A stretch of 64,000 nt of DNA from assembly GCA_036374335.1 (NCBI GenBank), contig DASUUC010000038.1:32070-96069 (forward strand), read 5' to 3'. Under the pieces are notes generated by a model. That model made no database searches and had not been told where the DNA came from. It saw only the letters and a program-made list of their open reading frames with translations. Each line of letters starts with the position of its first letter. Within the stretch, counting starts at the first letter, position 1. A program made the position numbers and the translations under genes. Source of the DNA: Acidimicrobiia bacterium (GTDB lineage: Bacteria; Actinomycetota; Acidimicrobiia; Spongiisociales; ZC4RG35). Positions 1-10,044 of the stretch are shown here, in pieces.

Positions 1-1
1 T

Positions 2-379
2 GCCAACTGGGACCCTGAGGAGCTGGCCGCCATCTTTCAGGGCCCACCTGCCATTCACCGCTACTGGTCTGCAATGGCGAAGCGGACTCAGGCTCTCTGC
101 CAGGTCCTGGTCGAGCAGTACGACGGAAGGGCGGAGAACCTGTGGGAGACAGCCGACTCCGGAGCCGAATTGCTGAAGCGTCTCAAAGCCCTTCCCGGCT
201 TTGGCGAAGGCAAATCCCGCATCTTCGTCGGGGTACTCGGAAAGCGTCTCGGGGTGCGTCCCAGCGGTTGGGCGGAGAAGGCCGCCGACTGGCCTAGCGT
301 CGCCGATGTCGCCACATTCGACGACGTGGCTGTGCTCCGCGAACAGAAGAAGGCGATGAAGGCAGCGAAAAAGGACTGA
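2..379 (+). CDS. HhH-GPD family base-excision repair protein, 3' portion (5' end lies outside the window)
   Basis: Reading frame is open from nt 2. The C-terminal part reads ...LKALPGFGEGKSRIFVGVLGKRLGV, typical of HhH-GPD proteins. The first in-window Met is at 74. Confidence 0.5.
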   Translation, partial: ANWDPEELAAIFQGPPAIHRYWSAMAKRTQALCQVLVEQYDGRAENLWETADSGAELLKRLKALPGFGEGKSRIFVGVLGKRLGVRPSGWAEKAADWPSVADVATFDDVAVLREQKKAMKAAKKD

Positions 380-435
380 AGTCGACTCAATCATCTGACG
401 ATCTCTGCCGATATCTAAATTCTCAGCGAGGGACG

Positions 436-1329
436 ATGTTGGAAGGACGAAACCTTTCGGGACAACTTGCGGATTGGAGCATCAACGATCTGCTTCAGAT
501 CATGCAAGTGACAAAGAAGACGGGGTCGCTCGACGTCGAAGGTGAGCGCAGGGGCCGTATCCACTTCGTCGACGGCGCTGTCACCGGTGCCGAGCTATCC
601 GGTGAGCGAGGCAGCTACAAGGGTTCCGATCGTGGTGCCATCGCCGACATCCTCTACGTCCTCTCTTCTCTCGAATCCGGTTCGTTTGGCGTGGGGCCCG
701 CCGACGGTCCCGATGGCGATGGGCTCGCCGTCGAGGACATCATGGGGGAAGTCACGGCGCTGCGTTCGCTGGAGGGTGAGGTCATTGACGCAGGTCTGTT
801 CGAGGCGGCCGGAGTCCGGCTGATCAACGACCTCGAGGAGCCGATCACGTTGGAGCCTGACGACTGGCAGGCAATCGTGTCTCTCGTCCAACCTTTCACA
901 TTCGACTTCCTCGAATCTCAGGTCGGTCGTGGCGGTGCGGTCAGGATCCTGCACACTCTCCATCGACTGGGAGTCATGCAGACAATCGAGGCCGAGGACG
1001 AGTCGGAGTGGCTCGACCGGTTGGCCGGTGGTCTCTCCGCTGCGTCGTCTGAGCCGACGTGGCTGGAGCAGGCGAACACAGAGACGACGCTGAAGGCTGA
1101 GGAGTCCGCTCCGAAACACGTGGCGCCGGAAGCAGATGTCGTTCTCGCCGAAGCCGAACCAGAGCCGGAGGCGGAGGCCGAGGCGGAACCGGAGAGCGAA
1201 CTCGAGCCGAAGCCGACTCGGGCTCCAATCGAGGTGCGTGGTGTCGCTGCCCACGCTTCCACCACTCTCACCGACGGTGTCTACGACGAGATCCGTCGTC
1301 TGCGGAGCAAGGTCGCCGACGGCAAGTAA
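436..1329 (+). CDS. DUF4388 domain protein with acidic Glu/Pro/Ala-rich linker
   Basis: N-terminus LSGQLADWSINDLLQIMQVTKKTGSLDV matches the DUF4388 (PATAN-like) signature. An EPEPEAEAEAEPESELEPKP low-complexity stretch follows. Confidence 0.5.
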   Translation: MLEGRNLSGQLADWSINDLLQIMQVTKKTGSLDVEGERRGRIHFVDGAVTGAELSGERGSYKGSDRGAIADILYVLSSLESGSFGVGPADGPDGDGLAVEDIMGEVTALRSLEGEVIDAGLFEAAGVRLINDLEEPITLEPDDWQAIVSLVQPFTFDFLESQVGRGGAVRILHTLHRLGVMQTIEAEDESEWLDRLAGGLSAASSEPTWLEQANTETTLKAEESAPKHVAPEADVVLAEAEPEPEAEAEAEPESELEPKPTRAPIEVRGVAAHASTTLTDGVYDEIRRLRSKVADGK

Positions 1330-1371
1330 CCGTCTGGGAAGTCGCCTGCCGGACTCCTAACCTCGCTCGCT

Positions 1372-1953
1372 ATGCCGGAGCGGAGTCCCTGGAAACCGGA
1401 TCGGCCCCTGTTCATCGGGCTCGCCGGCGGGTCAGGGTCGGGCAAGACGACCATCGCCGAGGAGGTCGTCGACCGTCTCCAGGGCCGGGTGGCACTGCTC
1501 CACCACGATGCCTACTACCGAAACATGGTCGAGCTCACATTCGAGGAGCGGACAAAAGTCAACTACGACCATCCCGGCTCTCTCGAGACCGAACTGCTCG
1601 TCAAGCATCTGGAGGGTCTCCGTTCAGGCGTCGCCATCGAACACCCGGTGTACGACTTTGCCAACCACCTCCGCTCCCCGGAGACCTTCCGGGTAGAGCC
1701 GGCGCGCGTGGTGGTCGTCGAGGGGATTCTCGTCCTATCCGACGCCCAACTTCGCTCAGAGCTCGATCTGAAGATCTTCGTCGACACCGACCCCGACTTA
1801 CGTCTCGCCCGTCGTCTCGAGCGGGACATCGCCGAGCGTGGCCGCTCGGTGGAGTCAGTGATCACCCAGTACTTCGCCACCGTTCGGCCGATGCATCTCG
1901 AGTTCGTCGAGCCTTCCCGCCGCTATGCCGACTTGATCATCCCGGAGGGCTAG
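1372..1953 (+). CDS. udk: uridine kinase
   Basis: P-loop FIGLAGGSGSGKTTIAEEV, then HHDAYY and DxxLRLARRLERD motifs typical of Udk. Length 193 aa. Confidence 0.8.
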   Translation: MPERSPWKPDRPLFIGLAGGSGSGKTTIAEEVVDRLQGRVALLHHDAYYRNMVELTFEERTKVNYDHPGSLETELLVKHLEGLRSGVAIEHPVYDFANHLRSPETFRVEPARVVVVEGILVLSDAQLRSELDLKIFVDTDPDLRLARRLERDIAERGRSVESVITQYFATVRPMHLEFVEPSRRYADLIIPEG

Positions 1954-2027
1954 AACCCGGCCGCGGTGGCCACCGTGGTGGAGTTGATCAGGTCACGTCT
2001 GCACTGAAACCGCGAATCAAACGCACA

Positions 2028-2063
2028 AACTCCCACATATGGGAGCCACAGCATTAGGAACGC
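2028..2063. repeat. copy 1 of a ~37-bp palindromic intergenic element (AACTCCCACATATGGGAGCCACAGCATTAGGAACGC)
   Basis: Lies directly between the udk stop and the stop of the convergent M24 peptidase gene. Near-palindrome CTCCCACATATGGGAG followed by CACAGCATTAGGAACGC. Near-identical copies at 12344-12384 (inverted) and 14591-14627. Confidence 0.75.
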
Positions 2064-2066
2064 CCG

Positions 2067-3287
2067 CTATTCGATTAGCCAGAGGTCTTGTTGACGCCCG
2101 TCGAGAAACTGCACCCCGTTCACGCCGAGATAGGCGTCCTCTTCGAGCATGATCTTGGCCGGTTGTCCCTCCCACTCCTCGACGTCGATCTCGACTGCCA
2201 GCTCGATCGACCAGCCGGTGCTGAGGGAGATGGGATAATCCCCTTGACCCTCCACCAAGACCTGATTGTCCCAGAGACCTATCGTCGAGCCTGCTGCATG
2301 ACCATGGAAGCCGATGGGGTGGGTGTAGATGATCGGCCGGATGCCCTCGGCCCTCGCGGTGGTGAGGGCAGAGGCGAGCACTTCGTTCCCACTCCGTCCG
2401 GGTGCCATCTCGCCCATGAGGATGTCCTGGAGTCGATTCCCTTGCTTCAAGCCGCGGACAAACGACTCTGGTGGGCCGGCACCATCTTCAGCGAGGACGT
2501 AACCGTGCTGCTGTTGGTCGGTGTGATAACCGTTGCGGACGATGCCGAAGTCGATGTGAATGAAGTCGGCACGTTCGATGACCCGGTCATTGATGCCATC
2601 CACCGGCGTCGACGGGTCCTCTCCTCGCCTTTGCACGGTAACTCCAGGGTGGAACCAGGTGCGATGGCCCGAGTCGTGGGCAGTCTGCGTCAGCCACCAC
2701 GCCACATCCTCGGTGGTGGTCTCTCCAGGAGCGATCACCTCGTTCGACAGAGCCCGACCAAGCAGCTCATGGGCGATGTGACAGGCCTCAGCCATCAGCG
2801 GCATCTCGTCGTCGAGACGAGTCTCCAGCCATCCGATCGCCAGATTCTCCGCCGACTCGAGATGATGTTCGCCGAGAGCGCGCACCAGTGCGACGTGCTC
2901 GGTGGAACTGAGACCGTCGGCGAGGGGGAAGACTCCGGATATGTTTATCCCGATTGTTCCCTCGACGCCGGTGACGTATCGCGCCAGCGCCGACCATTGA
3001 TCGGGCTCGGTCTCCGGGTCCCATACGGATGGGAAAGGACCCACCGGATAGCGGGAGATGGCGCCGCGCTCTCGACCGTGATCCCGGAAGACGAGGATGG
3101 TCCTTCTCCGTGCGGTGTCGAGCCAGGTGGCCGGCAGCATGGTCCTGGCCACCGGATCCTCGTTGTATTCGCGAGCGTCGACAACCCAAGCTTCGAAGCC
3201 GTGGCGCTGCATCAATGCAGGGACGATCCTGTCGAGTCTTCGGCTCAGGAGACGGTCGCGCTCGTTTGCAGCGATCCTCACATCCAT
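2067..3287 (-). CDS. M24 family metallopeptidase (Xaa-Pro peptidase/creatinase-like)
   Basis: Pita-bread fold motifs (HGxGHxxG-like HPIGFHGHAAGSTIG, acidic metal ligands), about 400 aa. The ORF extends to 3332; I prefer the Met at 3287 (MDVRIAANERD...). Start is uncertain. Confidence 0.6.
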   Translation of the reverse strand: MDVRIAANERDRLLSRRLDRIVPALMQRHGFEAWVVDAREYNEDPVARTMLPATWLDTARRRTILVFRDHGRERGAISRYPVGPFPSVWDPETEPDQWSALARYVTGVEGTIGINISGVFPLADGLSSTEHVALVRALGEHHLESAENLAIGWLETRLDDEMPLMAEACHIAHELLGRALSNEVIAPGETTTEDVAWWLTQTAHDSGHRTWFHPGVTVQRRGEDPSTPVDGINDRVIERADFIHIDFGIVRNGYHTDQQQHGYVLAEDGAGPPESFVRGLKQGNRLQDILMGEMAPGRSGNEVLASALTTARAEGIRPIIYTHPIGFHGHAAGSTIGLWDNQVLVEGQGDYPISLSTGWSIELAVEIDVEEWEGQPAKIMLEEDAYLGVNGVQFLDGRQQDLWLIE

Positions 3288-3377
3288 TTCGGGAGAAGGT
3301 AGTGGTGTGCAACTCGGATAGGGACCTGCCATTCTTCGCGCGGCGATCTACCGGCACCGCTCCTTAGAATTGCCACC

Positions 3378-4190
3378 GTGACCAAGCGATCGACCGTTGC
3401 CGTGATCGGAGTGGGAGCGATGGGCGAGGCTCTCGTCTCCGGGTTGCTCGGCGCCGGCTGGAGCCCTGACGACCTCACGCTCTGCGTTCGACGCATGGAT
3501 CGCGCCGACGAGTTGGCCCACAAGACCGGGTGTGTGGTGGGTCTCGACCCCGTCGAGACGATCAAGGGGCGTGACGTGGTGGTGGTGGCGGTGAAACCCC
3601 GTGACGTCCTCGATCTCTTGAAGACCCTGGCTGGAGAGGTGGCGCCGGACCAGACAGTGGTCTCGCTGGCCGCCGGGGTCACAACCCAGTCGTATGAGTC
3701 ACAGCTGGGTGCGGTCCCCGTGGTCAGAGCGATGCCCAACACCCCGGCATTGGTGAGAGAGGGCGTCACCGGGATCGCTCCCGGTAGTCATGCCGACCCG
3801 ACTCATCTCGACGTCGCCCGTGAGGTGCTCGGGGCAGTCGGGACGGTGCGTGTCATGGAAGAGTCACTTCTCGACGCGGTGACTGCCGTCTCCGGCACCG
3901 GTCCCGCATATGTGTTCCTGCTCGCCGAGGCCCTTACCGAAGCGGCCATGCGGGAAGGGCTCCCCCGCGATGTTGCCGAAGGGTTTGTCCATCAGACGAT
4001 CCGTGGGGCCGGTCACCTGCTCACCAACACCGGAAAGAGCCCGGCACGGCTGCGGTATGAGGTGACCTCTCCGGGCGGGACCACGGCGGCGGCGATGCAC
4101 GTCCTCGAAGAGAAGGGATTTCGTGCCGTGGTCGAGGACGCCGTGCGTGCTGCGGCGATCCGCGCCCGGGAGCTGGGGGGCAACGCCTGA
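3378..4190 (+). CDS. proC: pyrroline-5-carboxylate reductase
   Basis: Rossmann motif VAVIGVGAMGEAL, then the ProC C-terminal dimerisation region (SPGGTTAAAMHVLEEKGF). 270 aa. Confidence 0.85.
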   Translation: MTKRSTVAVIGVGAMGEALVSGLLGAGWSPDDLTLCVRRMDRADELAHKTGCVVGLDPVETIKGRDVVVVAVKPRDVLDLLKTLAGEVAPDQTVVSLAAGVTTQSYESQLGAVPVVRAMPNTPALVREGVTGIAPGSHADPTHLDVAREVLGAVGTVRVMEESLLDAVTAVSGTGPAYVFLLAEALTEAAMREGLPRDVAEGFVHQTIRGAGHLLTNTGKSPARLRYEVTSPGGTTAAAMHVLEEKGFRAVVEDAVRAAAIRARELGGNA

Positions 4191-4210
4191 GTCTGTTCTC
4201 GAGGGTCACG

Positions 4211-5098
4211 ATGGCTGTGGCCGGCGCTGCACCAGTCGAGAAGCTCGTGACCGGGACGGGGCCCGGACGCGCCCTGGCGGAGCGATTCGTGGCAGGCGAC
4301 ACTCTCAACGACGCGGTCCGCGTGGCGAGAACCCTGAATGCCGAGGGCTTTCTGGTGTCCCTCGACCTCCTCGGTGAAGAAGTCCACGATCGCGACTCGG
4401 CCTTGGCGGCGACCGCGCAGTATCTCGAGAGTCTCGACCGCATCGGCAGCGACGGGCTCGATGCCAACATCTCGGTGAAGCCGACCCAACTCGGGTTGGC
4501 CATCGACGAAGCCATGGCGATGACCGCCATCGAGACGCTGGGCGAACGGGCTGCCTCGAGGGGGACGACTGTCACGATCGACATGGAGGATTCGCGGTAT
4601 ACCGAGGCCACGATCCGGCTCTTTGAGAAGGGCCAGGCTTCTCAAGGCAATCTCGGGATCGCGGTCCAATCGTGCATGCGGCGGACTCCCTCCGATCTGG
4701 AACGAATCATGCCCATTGGAGGTCACATCCGTCTGTGCAAGGGGGCGTATGTCGAGCCTCCCGAGGTCGCCTACACATCCAAAGCCGAAGTGGACGAGGC
4801 CTACGCCGCCCAACTCCGGACTCTGATGGAGTCTCCGTCGACAAAGCCCGCCATCGCCACTCACGACGAGGAGCTGATAGGTCTGACTCGACAGCTCGCC
4901 GCCACCCGTCGAGGGCCCTTCGAGTTCCAAATGCTCTACGGCGTTCGCACTGAGCTGCAGCGTGAGCTCGTCGACGCCGGATTCCCCCTACGCATCTACC
5001 TGCCGTTCGGATCGCAGTGGTATCCGTACCTCACCCGCAGGATCGCGGAACGGCCCGCCAACGCGATGTTCTTTGCCAAAGCCCTTTTCAAGGGGTGA
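4211..5098 (+). CDS. proline dehydrogenase
   Basis: PutA-type proline dehydrogenase TIM-barrel motifs (VSLDLLGEEV, IRLCKGAY, QMLYGVR). Adjacent to proC. Confidence 0.75.
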   Translation: MAVAGAAPVEKLVTGTGPGRALAERFVAGDTLNDAVRVARTLNAEGFLVSLDLLGEEVHDRDSALAATAQYLESLDRIGSDGLDANISVKPTQLGLAIDEAMAMTAIETLGERAASRGTTVTIDMEDSRYTEATIRLFEKGQASQGNLGIAVQSCMRRTPSDLERIMPIGGHIRLCKGAYVEPPEVAYTSKAEVDEAYAAQLRTLMESPSTKPAIATHDEELIGLTRQLAATRRGPFEFQMLYGVRTELQRELVDAGFPLRIYLPFGSQWYPYLTRRIAERPANAMFFAKALFKG

Positions 5099-5105
5099 GA
5101 TCCCA

Positions 5106-5152
5106 TTCTGTGCGGATCTACGGGCCGTCACGGCGGACTAACCCGCACAGAA
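5106..5152. terminator. inverted repeat TTCTGTGCGG-N27-CCGCACAGAA between the proline dehydrogenase stop and the next start codon
   Basis: Perfect 10-bp arms. The right arm ends 3 nt before the ATG at 5156. Terminator or regulatory hairpin. It shares a TTCTGTG/CACAGAA core with the inverted repeat at 57348-57402. Confidence 0.4.
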
Positions 5153-5155
5153 ACG

Positions 5156-6388
5156 ATGGAAGGACTGCAGACGCCGTACGATCACGACGTGCCGGACCAG
5201 AAGTCTGACTTCGAGACACTGATCGGCCCCGATCGGCGGCCTATCAGGCGACCACGCGGGCTCGGGGCATTGATGACTGTCATCGCCGGGCTGGTCTTGT
5301 TTGGTCTCGTCGCGCTGTGGCCCACCCAGAGAAGTGACCTGGATCTGTCCCTTTTCGGATTCGCCGATCACGTGGTGCGATCTGAAGTGGTCAGCGCGTC
5401 TGTAGAGCCGTGTTCGTACGCCCAGGAGCTCGACTGTCGTACTTACGAGTTCTCGCTGCTCGAAGCGTCCGTCGGCGAGAGGGTGCCGTTGGAGTTCCCC
5501 GACGAGTCAGGACAACCCGATCTCGCCGCAGGAGATGTGGTCTATCTGTCCGTGGTCAACCTCGATGAAGGAGTGATGGACTACCAGTATGCAGACCAGG
5601 ACCGAGGGCTGGTCCTCGTCGCACTCGGGTTGGTCTTCGCGGCGGCAGTCGTTGCCTTGGGGCGGCTACGCGGTGTAGCTGCGTTGCTCGGGCTGGTTCT
5701 CAGCATCGCTGTCCTTCTCTGGTTCATCCTTCCCGCGATCATCTCCGGCGAGGACGCCGTGCTCGTCGCTCTCGTCGGCGGAGGAGCGATCGCTCTCATC
5801 TCTTTGTATCTCGCCCACGGGTACAACCCCCTCACCCATGTGGCGGCGCTAGGTGCCTTCTCAGCCCTCGTCCTCACCACAGCCCTGTCATGGCTGGTCC
5901 TGGCGGTGGCCAACTTCTCGGGTGTGGCCACCGAAGAGGCCTTCTTCCTCCTGGCGCTTCCCGACGTGGACCTCAACGGTCTCCTCCTCGCAGGAATCGT
6001 GCTTGGAGCCATCGGTGCGCTCGACGATGTGACGGTGACCCAGGCGTCCGCGGTTTGGGAGGTCCATGGAGCCAATCCGTCACTCGATGTTTCGGAGCTG
6101 TATGCGTCAGGCCTCCGGGTGGGCCGCGACCACATCGTCTCCACGGTGAACACTCTCCTTCTGGCATACGCGGGAGCCTCCCTGCCGCTCCTAATCCTCT
6201 TCACCCTCGCCGGTCAGTCCCTTGGGTTCGTGGCCAGCTCGGAGATCGTGGCGGTGGAGATCGTCCGCACCCTTGTTGGATCGACTGGCCTGGTGGCGGC
6301 GGTGCCGATGACCACCTGGTTGAGCTCTCGCGTGGTCAAGCGGGTCGCCCCAAAGGTCAGAAAGCCTCCGGCCCGGACCTCCCCCTAG
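5156..6388 (+). CDS. YibE/F family membrane protein
   Basis: Multi-TM protein with the organisation and motifs of the YibE/F family (DVTVTQASAVWEV..., GRDHIVSTVNTLLLAYAGASLPLL). Confidence 0.6.
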   Translation: MEGLQTPYDHDVPDQKSDFETLIGPDRRPIRRPRGLGALMTVIAGLVLFGLVALWPTQRSDLDLSLFGFADHVVRSEVVSASVEPCSYAQELDCRTYEFSLLEASVGERVPLEFPDESGQPDLAAGDVVYLSVVNLDEGVMDYQYADQDRGLVLVALGLVFAAAVVALGRLRGVAALLGLVLSIAVLLWFILPAIISGEDAVLVALVGGGAIALISLYLAHGYNPLTHVAALGAFSALVLTTALSWLVLAVANFSGVATEEAFFLLALPDVDLNGLLLAGIVLGAIGALDDVTVTQASAVWEVHGANPSLDVSELYASGLRVGRDHIVSTVNTLLLAYAGASLPLLILFTLAGQSLGFVASSEIVAVEIVRTLVGSTGLVAAVPMTTWLSSRVVKRVAPKVRKPPARTSP

Positions 6389-6551
6389 GAGCAGGAAGAT
6401 CCCAGGACCGGCGCCGCCGGCGCAGATTGTTGGAGGGCCACCCGTACGGAGGAAGAGGAACTCCAGGGCCTATCCGGCGAGGCGTCTCAGGTGCCGTGGC
6501 GGGGCGAGCTTCCCGCGACCACTGCGGCTGAGACCCCTACACTCGCCGGCC

Positions 6552-8690
6552 ATGGTCGGTGTTCGGCGTCCCCCGGTAGCCCGGGTCCTCGAAGTGATCG
6601 GGGCCCTTCTCGCATTGGGCACGCTGGCTCTAGGTTTTCTGGGAACACTCCCCGAGCATCCTCACTTCCCAGTCGGTCGCGAGGTCTTCGGGAACGTGCC
6701 CGACGCTGTGGTGCTCGTTTTCTATGTTGGCCTGGCCGCCTTCCTGTGGCTCACCCTTCATCTCTTTGCGCAACGAGCAGTCGGCTGGGAGCAGGGCGGT
6801 CCTGAGAAGCGCACCGGTCACTGGAGAGCGCGTCTCGCCCGGCTTTACGACGGTCTCTCCATGAAGACGCTGCTGAGAGATCGTCGCTACGGCACGATGC
6901 ACTCGATGCTCTATTTCAGCTTCGTGGTTCTGTTTCTGGGCACGGTGACCCTGGAGATCGACCATCTCATGCCGGGCGATCTCAAGTTTCTGCAGGGCAG
7001 GTTCTATCTCGGTTACTCGGCAGTATTGGACCTCGCCGGTGTCGTGTTCCTCGCGGGTTTGGCATTGGCATTTGTCGGCCGATATGTCATCCCCGTTTGG
7101 CGTATCAGGTCGAAGACCAAACCACAGGATGCGCTGATCCTTTCGGTTTTGGCCCTGATTGGGGTCACCGGTCTCCTGATCGAGGCGGCGAGAATCTCTC
7201 TGGCCGGACGTCCTGACTTCGAGGTCTGGTCGTTCATCGGATACCCGCTGTCCTACCTATTCGATCCAGTAGATGCTGCGGATTGGCATCGGTTCTTGTG
7301 GGTGAGCCACTCGGCTCTGTTCGTGGGGTTCCTGGTGATCCTCCCCGTGACCAAGCTGCGTCACATGTTCACCTCGCCGGCCAATCTCTATCTCTCGGCG
7401 CGGGACCGACCGAAAGGCGCCATGCGGGAGATGCCGAACCTGATGGAGGCCGAGGACATCGAGACGATTGGTGCCAGCGTCGCCACCGACCTCACCTGGA
7501 AGCAGATCTTCGACACTGACGCGTGCACCATTTGTGGTCGCTGCACCTCTGTCTGTCCGGCGAACATCACCGGAAAACCTCTGGACCCACGGGAAATGGT
7601 TCTGAAGTCGGGCGAAGTGGCTTCCGCGCTTGCAGGCGTGGCTCCTCCTGTTTCGACGACTGCCGTCCTGGATGAGGCCGGATCGCTCTTCGATCGCATC
7701 CGACCCGAGGAGGTATTTGCCTGTACCACCTGCAGGGCGTGTGATGAGATCTGCCCGGTCGACATCGAGATCCTCGATCGGATCCTCGACATGCGTCGTT
7801 ATCTGACGTTGATGGAATCGGAGTTTCCCACCGAGCTGGGCAAGGCGTTCGTTGCCATGGAGAACCAGTCCAATCCGTGGGGGATGAGTCAACAGGCGCG
7901 CGGCGACTGGACATCCGAACTCGACTTTCCCGTGCCTGTGTTCGGCCAGGACGGGAAGAACGCGGCCGACTATCTGTGGTTCGTCGGATGCGCCGGCTCG
8001 TTTGACGACCGCAACACCGCAACGTCGGTGGCCCTGGCTCGTCTGCTCAACAAGGCGGGGATCGACTACGCAATCCTGGGCCAACGGGAGCTGTGCAACG
8101 GTGATCCGGCACGGCGCGCCGGCAACGAGTTCGTCTTCCAGCAACTCGCGCTGCAGAACGTGGAGACGTTCGAGGAGCTGGGGGTGAAAAAGATCATCAC
8201 CCAATGCGCCCACTGCTTCAACACTCTGGGCAACGAGTATCCCCAATTCGGGGGGAACTACGAAGTGGTGCATCACAGCCAGCTTCTCGCCGAGCTACTT
8301 GCCCAGGGGAGACTCCCTGAGCCGACCAAAGCGAATGGCGAGAACAAGAAGATTGCCTACCACGACGCGTGTTATCTCGGTCGGCACAACGACGTCTACC
8401 TGGCCCCCCGTCAGGTTGTCGGTGGCTCGGGAAACGATGTCATCGAGATGCCCCGACATGGCACCCGGGGGCTCTGCTGCGGCGCCGGCGGCGCTCGATT
8501 CTGGATGGAGGAGCACACCGGCAAGAAAGTCAACAACGAGCGTGCCGAGGAAGCGTTGGCCACCGAGGCCGATGAGATCGCTGTTGCCTGCCCGTTTTGT
8601 TTTGTGATGCTCGACGACGGGGTCAAAGAGCTGGGTCGCGACGATGTGCCGGTGCGGGACATAGCGATGATCCTCGCCGACGGTCTCTAG
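6552..8690 (+). CDS. membrane-bound iron-sulfur oxidoreductase: NarI-like heme-b membrane domain fused to a 4Fe-4S ferredoxin and two HdrD-like CCG domains
   Basis: N-terminal ~300 aa are polytopic. Then CTICGRCTSVCP and CTTCRACDEICP (two 4Fe-4S motifs), then two CCG modules (CAHCFNTLGNEY, CCGAGGARFW...CPFCFVML). Resembles mycobacterial Rv0338c/IspQ-type proteins (established knowledge). Confidence 0.7.
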   Translation: MVGVRRPPVARVLEVIGALLALGTLALGFLGTLPEHPHFPVGREVFGNVPDAVVLVFYVGLAAFLWLTLHLFAQRAVGWEQGGPEKRTGHWRARLARLYDGLSMKTLLRDRRYGTMHSMLYFSFVVLFLGTVTLEIDHLMPGDLKFLQGRFYLGYSAVLDLAGVVFLAGLALAFVGRYVIPVWRIRSKTKPQDALILSVLALIGVTGLLIEAARISLAGRPDFEVWSFIGYPLSYLFDPVDAADWHRFLWVSHSALFVGFLVILPVTKLRHMFTSPANLYLSARDRPKGAMREMPNLMEAEDIETIGASVATDLTWKQIFDTDACTICGRCTSVCPANITGKPLDPREMVLKSGEVASALAGVAPPVSTTAVLDEAGSLFDRIRPEEVFACTTCRACDEICPVDIEILDRILDMRRYLTLMESEFPTELGKAFVAMENQSNPWGMSQQARGDWTSELDFPVPVFGQDGKNAADYLWFVGCAGSFDDRNTATSVALARLLNKAGIDYAILGQRELCNGDPARRAGNEFVFQQLALQNVETFEELGVKKIITQCAHCFNTLGNEYPQFGGNYEVVHHSQLLAELLAQGRLPEPTKANGENKKIAYHDACYLGRHNDVYLAPRQVVGGSGNDVIEMPRHGTRGLCCGAGGARFWMEEHTGKKVNNERAEEALATEADEIAVACPFCFVMLDDGVKELGRDDVPVRDIAMILADGL

Positions 8691-8700
8691 TGGCTCCATC

Positions 8701-9258
8701 GTGGGACGAGGTGTCTCGGCGACCGCGAAGACCATCATTCCAGCCATGGCCATCCTCGTGTCGGGGTGCATCGCGGGTGCCGATGGGCCCTCGCCCACTG
8801 ATCCCCACGGATTCACGACAACCACCACGATTCCCGTGACCGTCACCACAGCCACGGTCGAAGAGAGTCTCGGCTCCTTCAGAGAATGTCTCCGCGAGCG
8901 CGGGGTCGGGGTCGGTCGAATCCGGTTGGACGTCTTCGGTCGCCCCCGACTGGCGGAAGCACTCAGAGGGCTCGATCTCACTGATCGCGATGTGCTCGAT
9001 GCCCTCGCGTCGTGCGGCCAGCACCTCAGAGCCGGTGCATTGGATCTCAGTTCCGACCCTGACCTACGTGAACTGGTGCAGGACACCCTGGTAGAACTCG
9101 CCGACTGTCTCCGGTCGTGGGGCGTCGAGGGCTTCCCGGATCCGGTGCCCGGATTCGACGGCGTCGGGTCGCCGTTCCCCGATGCCCGAATTCCGTGGAC
9201 CGATCCCGATCTTCCCGATGCGGTGGCTGCATGTCGGGACATGTCGACAGACTCTTAG
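8701..9258 (+). CDS. hypothetical lipoprotein with Thr-rich linker
   Basis: Signal peptide with lipobox LVSGC, then a TTTTTIPVTVTTATV linker. Confidence 0.45.
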   Translation: MGRGVSATAKTIIPAMAILVSGCIAGADGPSPTDPHGFTTTTTIPVTVTTATVEESLGSFRECLRERGVGVGRIRLDVFGRPRLAEALRGLDLTDRDVLDALASCGQHLRAGALDLSSDPDLRELVQDTLVELADCLRSWGVEGFPDPVPGFDGVGSPFPDARIPWTDPDLPDAVAACRDMSTDS

Positions 9259-9307
9259 AGTTGTATAAGAGAAGAAGGATGTCTTAGCTGAAACCGCGCA
9301 GCGACTG

Positions 9308-9592
9308 ATGCCAGCCCAACCAACCCCAGTCATAGTCCCGGACGCGGACGAGAGACTCGATGTCGACAAGCCCTGGCAGGTTGTCGTGTGGAACGACCCG
9401 GTCAACACCATGTCGTATGTCGTCTACGTGTTTCGCAAGCTCTTCGGTTACGACGAGATCAAGGCGACAGACCTGATGCTTCAAGTTCACCACGAGGGTC
9501 GGGCCATCGTCTCGGACGGACCACGTGAGCAGGCCGAGCTCGATTGCTTCCGGCTCCACAACCACGGTCTTTGGGCAACGGTCGAGCAGTGA
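9308..9592 (+). CDS. clpS: ATP-dependent Clp protease adaptor ClpS
   Basis: 94 aa. [46 protein letters not shown] matches the ClpS core. Confidence 0.9.
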   Translation: MPAQPTPVIVPDADERLDVDKPWQVVVWNDPVNTMSYVVYVFRKLFGYDEIKATDLMLQVHHEGRAIVSDGPREQAELDCFRLHNHGLWATVEQ

Positions 9593-10044
9593 GTCATTTC
9601 CACACCACCGCCGAGGGGATCCGTGTCGACCTGAGCCCTGAGGAGCGTCTCTTCCTCGGCGATGTGCTTCCTCTCCTCGCCGAGATCGGTGCTCGCGGCT
9701 CAGATCCTGCAGCAGATCGCCTCCATGTCCCGGTCTACCTCGACGATCCCGATGCCAACGAGGAGTGGTGGCGGCTGATGGGCCAGGATCTGGATGCAGC
9801 CCGCCGAGCCGATCGCACCGTGTTCCAAAAGGTGGTGTCCAGTGATGAGCCAGTCACGCTCTCGGTGGAGGACGCGGACGCCATGCTGCGCGTGCTCAAC
9901 CAGGCGCGACTGGCTTTGGGGGCACGTCTCGGGATCGATGTCGAGGGTGACCACGACTCGCTGCCGGAGGACAGTCGCCAGGTGATGGACTATCTCGGCT
10001 GGATCCAAGAAGAGCTCACTGTTGAGCTCACCGGCGCACTGTGA
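9589..10044 (+). CDS. DUF2017 domain protein (conserved ClpS neighbour)
   Basis: A GTG at 9589 overlaps the clpS stop (GTGA). Product begins [29 protein letters not shown], typical of DUF2017, which follows clpS in actinobacteria. The track ORF starts earlier, at 9544. Confidence 0.6.
   Translation: MSHFHTTAEGIRVDLSPEERLFLGDVLPLLAEIGARGSDPAADRLHVPVYLDDPDANEEWWRLMGQDLDAARRADRTVFQKVVSSDEPVTLSVEDADAMLRVLNQARLALGARLGIDVEGDHDSLPEDSRQVMDYLGWIQEELTVELTGAL

Noticed and set aside
1135-1215. Repetitive GAGCCGGAG/GCGGAGGCC tracts
   Set aside because: These encode the EPEPEAEAEAEPESELEPKP acidic linker of the DUF4388 protein. It is coding low-complexity, not a DNA-level repeat element.
2088-3302. Long antisense ORFs throughout (e.g. 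2088-3302+, 7257-8276-, 9700-10878-, 37734-39167-, 39897-41147-, the 5' part of 50669-52054-, 12578-13519+)
   Set aside because: Each lies opposite a gene with clear family motifs. Such shadow ORFs are expected in high-GC DNA where stop codons are rare, and their products have Arg/Pro/Gly-rich low-complexity composition.
6389-6551. 163-bp intergenic region upstream of the Fe-S oxidoreductase, screened for tRNA or riboswitch
   Set aside because: No T-arm (GTTCGAATC-like) or anticodon-arm pattern, and no recognisable riboswitch core. Likely just a promoter or 5' UTR.
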